Assembly: GCA_009786185.1 (NCBI GenBank)
Contig: WQTS01000139.1
Location: 6,802 to 70,801, forward strand
Reading direction: 5' to 3'
Origin: Bacteroidota bacterium
GTDB lineage: Bacteria; Bacteroidota; Bacteroidia; Bacteroidales; WCHB1-69
Length of the DNA: 64,000 nt
The notes under the pieces were generated by a model. The model saw nothing but the letters and a program-made list of their open reading frames with translations, did no database searches and was not told where the DNA came from. Position numbers and translations under genes: made by a program. Of this stretch, positions 57,286-64,000 are shown one piece after another (the stretch's first letter is position 1; the number at the start of each line of letters is the position of its first letter).

Positions 57286-58154
57286 TGGCGCTACGCTTTG
57301 TGTTTTTCTTGCTCCTTCTTCTGTCTTATTTGCCTTTAAGTGTGTTATATATCATCTTTTACCCATTTTACTTGTTTATTGCCTATATCATCAAATATCG
57401 AAAAAAAATTACGTTAGAAAACCTGACACTTTCCTTTCCGGAAAAATCACAAACAGAGATTTTTTTGCTTTACAAGCTGTATCAAAGGCATTTAGCCGAC
57501 TTGGGCGCAGAAATGATAAAAATGTTATCTATTTCAAAAAGACATGTAGCCAAACGATATATGTGCACAAATCCTGAGGTCGTGAACCAATTTTATCATC
57601 AAGGAAAAAGCGTGATTTTAATGTCGAGCCATTACAACAATTGGGAATGGATGGTGCTACGGTTAAACGACATGTTTCTGCCTCATGGTATTGGAGTTGG
57701 GAAAGCCAATACCAGTAAGGTTTTTGAAAAGTGGATTAATAAAAGGCGAACGCGCTTTGGCACGGAAGTAGTTTTTGCCGATGCAATTAGAGATACATTT
57801 GAGCAAAATTTCCGGCAAAACAAACTTTGCACTTACATGATGTTGAGCGATCAATCGCCGGGCAACCTTAAGAAAAGCTATGTTACCACTTTTTTAAATC
57901 AAGAATCTTGCATGATTTACGGATCGGAATATTTCGCCAAAAAATATGATTTTCCGGTGGTTTATTACGAAGTTATAAAAGTAAAACGTGGTTTTTATAA
58001 AATTGGATTAGAATTAATTACAGAAAAACCTAACGAAACTGCAACCGGAGAAATTATTGAAAAATATGTACAATTATTAGAAAAAACGATAAAAAAAGCT
58101 CCGCAGTATTGGTTGTGGAGTCATAAACGCTGGAAGAACAGATTTAGGGTTTAA
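57285..58154 (+). CDS. Lysophospholipid/lipid A late acyltransferase (LpxL/HtrB family)
   Basis: N-terminal transmembrane helix, HX4E-type motif SSHYNNWEW, C-terminal PQYWLWSHKRWK typical of the LpxL family. Confidence 0.75.
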   Translation: MALRFVFFLLLLLSYLPLSVLYIIFYPFYLFIAYIIKYRKKITLENLTLSFPEKSQTEIFLLYKLYQRHLADLGAEMIKMLSISKRHVAKRYMCTNPEVVNQFYHQGKSVILMSSHYNNWEWMVLRLNDMFLPHGIGVGKANTSKVFEKWINKRRTRFGTEVVFADAIRDTFEQNFRQNKLCTYMMLSDQSPGNLKKSYVTTFLNQESCMIYGSEYFAKKYDFPVVYYEVIKVKRGFYKIGLELITEKPNETATGEIIEKYVQLLEKTIKKAPQYWLWSHKRWKNRFRV

Positions 58155-58219
58155 AGATTTAAAAATTTAAAACTTAACCTGAGTAGCCATTAAATCTTTA
58201 AATTTTTAAATCTTAAATA
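58147..58219. repeat. AT-rich inverted-repeat element (TAAATCTTTAAATTTTTAAAT family) filling the intergenic gap
   Basis: Perfect 18-nt inverted repeat aagatttaaaaatttaaa (58154-58171) / tttaaatttttaaatctt (58197-58214). It contains the stop codon of the upstream gene and ends at the rsmI ATG. Confidence 0.8.
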
Positions 58220-58891
58220 ATGAAACTCTATATTGTCCCCACGCCCATCGGCAACCTCGAAGACATCACCCTTCGAGCATTGCGTATTTTAAAAGAGGTG
58301 GATGTTATTTTTTGTGAAGACACCCGAACGACGAAAAATCTATTGAAGCATTATGAAATAGATAAAAAATGTTATGCTTATCATATTAATAATGAGCATC
58401 AACAGGTAAAAAGTTACGTACAGTGGATACAAAACGGACAAACGGCGGCGTTGGTTTCCGATGCCGGCACTCCGGGCATTTCCGATCCTGGGTATCTTTT
58501 TATACGAGAATGTTTGGCGGCAGATATTAAAATTGAATGTTTACCCGGAGCCACTGCATTAATTCCGGCGCTTATTTCTTCGGGGTTTCCCTGCGACAAA
58601 TTTTATTTTCACGGTTTTTTACCACATAAAAAAGGAAAAGAAACCGCATTGAAAATGCTCAGCGAGAGAAAAGAAACGGTGGTTTTCTACGAGTCGCCAC
58701 ACCGTCTTGTAAAAACATTAACGATGATGCAAAATTATTTTGCTCCGGAAAGGAAAATCTGCGTTTCGCGAGAAATTAGCAAGGTTTTTGAGGAGCATTT
58801 TAGAGGGAGCGTACAAGAAGCCTTAGTGCATTTTTCTGCAAAAGAGGTGAAGGGGGAGATTGTGGTAACGGTGGCAGGGTATGGCGATTGA
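58220..58891 (+). CDS. rsmI: 16S rRNA (cytidine1402-2'-O)-methyltransferase
   Basis: LYIVPTPIGNLEDITLRALRILKEVD..., SDAGTPGISDPG, VFYESPHRL. Confidence 0.9.
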   Translation: MKLYIVPTPIGNLEDITLRALRILKEVDVIFCEDTRTTKNLLKHYEIDKKCYAYHINNEHQQVKSYVQWIQNGQTAALVSDAGTPGISDPGYLFIRECLAADIKIECLPGATALIPALISSGFPCDKFYFHGFLPHKKGKETALKMLSERKETVVFYESPHRLVKTLTMMQNYFAPERKICVSREISKVFEEHFRGSVQEALVHFSAKEVKGEIVVTVAGYGD

Positions 58892-58962
58892 AGTAAGGGG
58901 CACGATGTTTTGGGATATAAGCCGAATAAGATAGAGTTGACTATTAACCTATTTAAAATTAT

Positions 58963-60090
58963 ATGCAGATGAAAAAAATATTTTTTATTATTATTTTCTT
59001 TACAGCACATTTTGTACATGCACAAGATTCTCTTAATTTTATTATTAGCAACCGAGTAGTATGGAAAGATGACGCTGATAAAAAAGAGGTATTTGAACTC
59101 TATAAAAACTACCTCTATTCTCGACCTGATTCCATTTATGACAATCCGTTTTGGAATGACGCAGAAAAAAAACAATATTATTTGTTCGATTTTAGTAAAT
59201 CGTCAATTTTCAATGGTATCAATGATGATATTTTGAGGGAGTATATGGATCTTTATATTTTAAGTATTGAAAAATATGATACCGATAAATTTACTATACG
59301 TGTATTAATGCAATGGAAGGGTGGTTTACAAAACGGATCCAGTGTATGGTGTATTCATGTCGTTTCTGCAATTAAAGAAGATAACAACTGGCGTTTACAA
59401 AACAATTTTGTCAAAGAAACAGCAAATTGGAGAAAATACAATTATGGCGCCATTACGTATCATGCTTCACCAGACTATAGTATTAACGAAACCAATGCCA
59501 AACAAGCTAACGATTTTATTAATGAAATAATACTATTATTTGATTTAGATAAGGGAGTACATATAGATTATTATTTACCTAAAGACGTGGATGAGTTGGG
59601 ACGATTACAAGGATTCGACTATTATTTTACAGGAATTGCTACAGGTAGAAGGATGAATGATTACATTTTTTCTACTACAGGAGAGTTTCATGCGCATGAA
59701 TTGATTCATATACTTTTAGATTCAGATTACAAAAGAAATTTTATAATTGAAGAGGGGTTAGCTGAATTTTTAGGTACGAAAAAACAGCTTCCTGAGCGGT
59801 ATTTTAATTATATAAAAAGCTTGATTGCTGATATTTTTTCTTATCCTGAAGATTATTCAATAGAAAATTTGTTGAAACATAAAGCAACTTGGAGAGGCTA
59901 TCCTTACAGATACCCATTTGGCGCCTTAATCTGCGAAATTATTTATGAAACAAAAGGAATTGATGGAATTAAAGTGCTTGCCTTTTCAAACACTGAAGAG
60001 AACCTTATTGAAGTGGTATCAAACATTTTAGAAATAAATCAAGATAAATTTGAAAAGTTCTTTTGGGATTATCTTAAAGAAAAATGGTAA
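58963..60090 (+). CDS. Secreted hypothetical protein with HExxH motif (possible zinc metallopeptidase)
   Basis: Signal peptide. FHAHELIHILLD contains HExxH. No other motif recognised. Confidence 0.4.
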   Translation: MQMKKIFFIIIFFTAHFVHAQDSLNFIISNRVVWKDDADKKEVFELYKNYLYSRPDSIYDNPFWNDAEKKQYYLFDFSKSSIFNGINDDILREYMDLYILSIEKYDTDKFTIRVLMQWKGGLQNGSSVWCIHVVSAIKEDNNWRLQNNFVKETANWRKYNYGAITYHASPDYSINETNAKQANDFINEIILLFDLDKGVHIDYYLPKDVDELGRLQGFDYYFTGIATGRRMNDYIFSTTGEFHAHELIHILLDSDYKRNFIIEEGLAEFLGTKKQLPERYFNYIKSLIADIFSYPEDYSIENLLKHKATWRGYPYRYPFGALICEIIYETKGIDGIKVLAFSNTEENLIEVVSNILEINQDKFEKFFWDYLKEKW

Positions 60091-60200
60091 TTTGGTCATG
60101 CCAATTTGCAAAAAAACATGACGTGTTTAAACATTACTCTTGTTGTAGGAAGACAGACAATCGAATAAAACGGAATAAACAGAGTTCTACGTTTTGTAGA

Positions 60201-61739
60201 TTAATGTCTAAAGTGCCTCTTCCCCGTAAATACCATACTAATTCCCAGCTCATTACAAGCCTTTATAGAATCTTCGTCGCGCATGGAACCTCCGGGCTGA
60301 ATAATGGCAGTTACCCCATATTGATGCGCCATTTTTACCACATCGTCGAATGGGAAAAACGCATCGCTGGCAAGTGCAATACCTTTGGTGAAACCGGCAG
60401 CTTTTGCTTGCTCCAACGCAATACGTGCAGCGCCTACTCGATTCATTTGTCCGGCGCCTACGCCTACGGTACGCATTGCCGCAACTAAAGTTATTGCATT
60501 CGATTTTACGTGTTTGCACACTTTCATGGCAAACAATAAATCATTCATCTCTGCATCGGTTGGCATTTTTTCGGTAACTACATCGTATTCGTAATCTTGC
60601 ACGGTAATATGGTCGGCTTCTTGTATCAGCAATCCACCGTTTACGCTGAGGAATACGTTTTCATCTTCGTTTGTACGAGATACTTCGAAAGTCATTAAGC
60701 GAATATTTTTCTTGGCGGTTAAAATTTCCAATGCTTTTTCGGTAAATTTCGGCGCTAAAATAATCTCCAAGAAAACGTTTTTCATGGATTCTGCGGTAAC
60801 TTCATCAATAACTTGATTGGTTGCTACAATTCCTCCGAAAATAGAAACCGGATCGGCATCGTAGCAACGTAGCCATGCTTCTTCTACATTTTGTCCCATT
60901 CCTACACCGCACGGATTTTTGTGCTTAACTGCCACCATAACAGGCTCATCCATAAACTCTTTTACAATATTTAATGCGGCATCGCCATCTTGTATATTGT
61001 TGTATGACAGTTCTTTGCCATGCAACTGTTTCGCATAAGCCATAGAAAATCCTTGCGGTTTTCCGGCATAAAAACAAGCTTTTTGGTGTGGATTTTCACC
61101 ATAGCGCAATGATTGTTTTTTTGTAAAAGTCAGCGTTAAATTCTCCGGCTCGGTTTCGCCCAATTTGCCGGTTAAATAGCCGGCAATGGTCGCATCGTAA
61201 GCCGCTGTATGCCGGAATACCTTTGCCGCCAATTGTTGGCGTGTTTCAAAAGTAGTATCACCGTGGGTTTTAATCTCTTCAATTACTTTTGAATAATCGT
61301 TTGCATCACAAACCACTGTTACAAAAAGATGGTTTTTTGCGGCGCTGCGCAACATGCTCGGACCACCAATATCAATATTTTCAATCGCCTCTGCTAAGGA
61401 AACATTTTCTTTTGCAATTGTTTCTTTAAAAGGGTAGAGATTTACTACCACTAAATCAATCATATCAATTTGATTTTCTTTGGCTTGGGCAATGTGGTGT
61501 TCGTTATCTCGCAAGCATAATAAACCGCCGTGCACTTTAGGATGTAAGGTTTTTACACGCCCATCCATAATTTCCGGAAATCCGGTTACCTCATCAATCA
61601 TTTTCACGGAAAATCCGTTTTCATGTAAAAGTTTATAAGTACCTCCGGTAGAGATGATTTCATAGCCAAAAATGGTAAGTTGTTTTACAAAATCCAACAA
61701 ACCTGTTTTATTACTAACGCTAATCAGGGCTTTTTTCAT
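60201..61739 (-). CDS. purH: Bifunctional AICAR transformylase / IMP cyclohydrolase
   Basis: MKKALISVSNKTGL..., GGTYKLL, VKTLHPKVHGG, C-terminal ...QPGGSMRDEDSI...VFTGKRHFRH. Confidence 0.95.
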   Translation of the reverse strand: MKKALISVSNKTGLLDFVKQLTIFGYEIISTGGTYKLLHENGFSVKMIDEVTGFPEIMDGRVKTLHPKVHGGLLCLRDNEHHIAQAKENQIDMIDLVVVNLYPFKETIAKENVSLAEAIENIDIGGPSMLRSAAKNHLFVTVVCDANDYSKVIEEIKTHGDTTFETRQQLAAKVFRHTAAYDATIAGYLTGKLGETEPENLTLTFTKKQSLRYGENPHQKACFYAGKPQGFSMAYAKQLHGKELSYNNIQDGDAALNIVKEFMDEPVMVAVKHKNPCGVGMGQNVEEAWLRCYDADPVSIFGGIVATNQVIDEVTAESMKNVFLEIILAPKFTEKALEILTAKKNIRLMTFEVSRTNEDENVFLSVNGGLLIQEADHITVQDYEYDVVTEKMPTDAEMNDLLFAMKVCKHVKSNAITLVAAMRTVGVGAGQMNRVGAARIALEQAKAAGFTKGIALASDAFFPFDDVVKMAHQYGVTAIIQPGGSMRDEDSIKACNELGISMVFTGKRHFRH

Positions 61740-61742
61740 AAT

Positions 61743-63863
61743 CTATTTTTCAAATCCGCTTCTAATCATTAAAGCATCTACTTTAGGTTCTCTGCCTCGG
61801 AAACCTACAAAAAGTTCCATCGGTTTTTTTGAACCGCCTTTTGAAAGAATGTTTTCTACAAACGAATCGGCAATCTCTTTGTTAAAAACGCCTTTTTCTC
61901 TGAATAGCGAGAATGCATCGGCTTCTAAAACTTCCGCCCATTTATAACTGTAGTAACCTGCTGCATAACCTCCGGAAAAAATATGGCTGAACGATGTGCT
62001 GAAGCAAGTTCCGGGCGCTTCAGGAAGCAAATTAACATGTTGTACAGCTTTGCTTTCCAACGTGGCAATATCATCCACCTTTGCCGGATCTATGGTATGC
62101 CACATCATATCGGAAAAACCAAACATTAGTTGACGAGAAAAGGAGTAACCTGCCAAAAAGTTTTCCGAATCTTTCAATTTTTGAATCAAGTCTTGTGGAA
62201 TTAATTCTCCGGTTTCATAGTGATAGGCAAACATTTTCAAAAAACCGGGTTCGGTTGCCCAGTTTTCCATAATATGCGAAGGCACTTCTACGAAATCGCG
62301 CGGCACGCTGGTTCCGGAGAGTGAACCATAATTAACATCGGAAAGCAAGCCGTGCAATGCGTGACCAAATTCGTGTAAAAAAGTGGTTACTTCGTAAAAG
62401 GTTAATAAAGAAGGATTGGTTTCCGTAGATGGCGTAAAGTTCATGTTTAGCGTAACAATCGGACGAATATCACGATCGCCGTCTCTGCGTTGCTGGCGGT
62501 AAGAGTTCATCCATGCGCCGGCGCGTTTCGACTCGCGTGGGTGAAAATCCAAATACAAAACGCCCATAAATCTGTTACCTCTAAACACTTCGTAAACAGT
62601 AACATCAGGGTGATACACCTGAATTTCATCGCTTTTTTTGTAAGTTAAGCCAAATAAATCTTCCGTTAATTGGAATACGCCGTCAATTACTTTTTCCAAT
62701 TTGAAATAAGGCTTTAACAATTCATCATTTAAACTGTATTTATTATCTTTCAATTTTTCGGCATAGTAGCTGAAATCCCAGCGTTGAATAGGTTCGTTAA
62801 AGCCTAATGTTGCAGCAAAATCTTGAATTTCTCGTACTTCTGCTTTCCCTGCCGGTATAGCAACTGCTGCCAAGTTATTCAATAAATTATACACATTATC
62901 AGGATTTTCTGCCATTCTGGTTTCCAATGCGTAATATGCAAAATTCTCATAGCCTAAAAGTTGCGACATATCATATCGAGTTCGCAAAATCTCTTTAATG
63001 ACCTCCGTATTGTTATGTTCTCCTCCGAAAGCACGTGCATTATATGCCATAAAAATCTCTTTTCTTAAATCCCTGTCGTCTGCATACGTCATAATGGCTT
63101 GGTAGCTGGGTTGGCTCAAATCGAACAAGTAACCCTCCAATCCTTTATTTTTTGCTTTGCTTTTTGCAATTTCCAAAGCGGTTTGCGGCAACCCTTTTAA
63201 GCGGGCGTCATCTTCTAGAAGTAAGGAGAAAGCATTGGTGTGGTTCAACACATTTTCGCTAAATTGGAGTGAAAGTTTTGACGCTTTCATTGAAAGTTCG
63301 CGGTACCTTTCTTTCTGTTCTTCGTTTAATTTTGCGCCACTGCGGATAAAGTTTTGATATACTTTCTCCAGCAACATCAAATCCTCTTCGTTAGCGAGTC
63401 TATTTTTTTCAGAGTAAACACGTTGTATCTTCGCAAACAAATCTTTATTAAGAGAAATTTTGTTTGAATATTCTGTCATTATCGGACTAATTTCTCTTGC
63501 CAGCGCTTGCAATTCGGGTGAAGTATTTGAGGAAAGCAAGTTGTAAAACACGCCTGCCACGCGCGACAATAATTCTCCCGAGTTTTCTAACGGAATAATT
63601 ACGCTTTCGAAAGTAGGTTGAATTCGAGCGTTCACAATAGCATCTACTTCTTTTTCAGCTATTTCGATAGCAAATTTGAAAGCCGGCATAAAATCTTCCG
63701 TTTTAATATCATTGAACGGCGGCGTTTGATGCGGTGTTTCCCAATTTTTGATAAGTGGGTTGTTTTTAAGGTCGTCCGGAATATTCATCATATTTAAGCG
63801 GGGTTGCGCATTAAGGCTTAAAGCAAAACATAATGCAAAGGTAAAGAACGTAACTTTTTTCAT
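61743..63863 (-). CDS. dcp: M3 family peptidyl-dipeptidase (Dcp-like)
   Basis: Signal peptide. Zinc site FLHEFGHALHGLL. About 700 aa with the M3 pattern. Confidence 0.85.
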   Translation of the reverse strand: MKKVTFFTFALCFALSLNAQPRLNMMNIPDDLKNNPLIKNWETPHQTPPFNDIKTEDFMPAFKFAIEIAEKEVDAIVNARIQPTFESVIIPLENSGELLSRVAGVFYNLLSSNTSPELQALAREISPIMTEYSNKISLNKDLFAKIQRVYSEKNRLANEEDLMLLEKVYQNFIRSGAKLNEEQKERYRELSMKASKLSLQFSENVLNHTNAFSLLLEDDARLKGLPQTALEIAKSKAKNKGLEGYLFDLSQPSYQAIMTYADDRDLRKEIFMAYNARAFGGEHNNTEVIKEILRTRYDMSQLLGYENFAYYALETRMAENPDNVYNLLNNLAAVAIPAGKAEVREIQDFAATLGFNEPIQRWDFSYYAEKLKDNKYSLNDELLKPYFKLEKVIDGVFQLTEDLFGLTYKKSDEIQVYHPDVTVYEVFRGNRFMGVLYLDFHPRESKRAGAWMNSYRQQRRDGDRDIRPIVTLNMNFTPSTETNPSLLTFYEVTTFLHEFGHALHGLLSDVNYGSLSGTSVPRDFVEVPSHIMENWATEPGFLKMFAYHYETGELIPQDLIQKLKDSENFLAGYSFSRQLMFGFSDMMWHTIDPAKVDDIATLESKAVQHVNLLPEAPGTCFSTSFSHIFSGGYAAGYYSYKWAEVLEADAFSLFREKGVFNKEIADSFVENILSKGGSKKPMELFVGFRGREPKVDALMIRSGFEK

Positions 63864-63870
63864 AAGCTTA

Positions 63871-63900
63871 TTGATTTAAAGATTTAATAATTTAAAGATT
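63871..63900. repeat. AT-rich TTTAAAGATTTAA-family copy overlapping the ispF stop
   Basis: ttgatttaaagatttaataatttaaagatt encodes the last five codons (KSLNY) and the stop of the minus-strand ispF. Confidence 0.6.
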
Positions 63901-64000
63901 TAACAACCAACACCACCGCTTGCACCGCAATCGCTTCCCCCCTACCAATGGCATCTAATTGCTCATTGGTTTTAGCTTTAATAGATATTTTCGTTTTATC
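63884..64000 (-). CDS. ispF: 2-C-methyl-D-erythritol 2,4-cyclodiphosphate synthase, C-terminal end (N-terminus off window)
   Basis: Own translation of the minus strand gives DKTKISIKAKTNEQLDAIGRGEAIAVQAVVLVVKSLNY*, which matches the IspF C-terminal pattern (..KAtT.E.LG..GRGEGIA..AV.L.). Confidence 0.6.
   Translation of the reverse strand, partial: DKTKISIKAKTNEQLDAIGRGEAIAVQAVVLVVKSLNY

Noticed and set aside
60084-60488. ORF 60084..60488(+) and other ORFs opposite purH
   Set aside because: They are antisense to a near-certain purH gene and have no motifs.

Overview
AT-rich chromosomal window, most likely from a Bacteroidota genome. This is inferred from TAnnTTTG -7 promoter boxes directly upstream of genes, five type-A T9SS C-terminal sorting domains, and DUF4249, DUF4296 and GH3-type genes. 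Most of it is housekeeping: aroC, pepD, pheS, ruvC, pta, yicC, grpE-dnaJ, dnaX, rel/spoT, prfA, dut, rsmI, purH, dcp, ispF and tRNA-Arg(ACG). These are interspersed with secreted or T9SS cargo genes and one accessory stretch at about 12.6-21.4 kb. I saw no rRNA, CRISPR, transposase or integrase. The most unusual signal is not a gene cluster. At least five families of short palindromic or word-like repeats are scattered through the window, and several copies lie inside ORFs and are read in frame. Hosts are aroC, a transglutaminase-like gene, an AddA-like helicase-nuclease, the dnaX linker, a C25-like T9SS protein, and the signal peptide of a small beta-barrel-like protein. This resembles Rickettsia palindromic elements (RPEs). 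dnaX is split at about the gamma/tau boundary, next to a nested block of these repeats. Other items worth a second look: a 9 x 21-bp tandem array; a GC-rich, hairpin- and pseudoknot-rich non-coding segment with a partial homolog on the other side of an adhesin gene; a C-terminal module ending WIKIRN shared by two large secreted proteins that lack a T9SS CTD; a frameshifted C25-like gene that seems to lack the catalytic Cys; and an adenylase-carrier-acyltransferase fusion next to FadL-like and GH3 genes. All homology calls come from reading motifs by eye. No database search was run.
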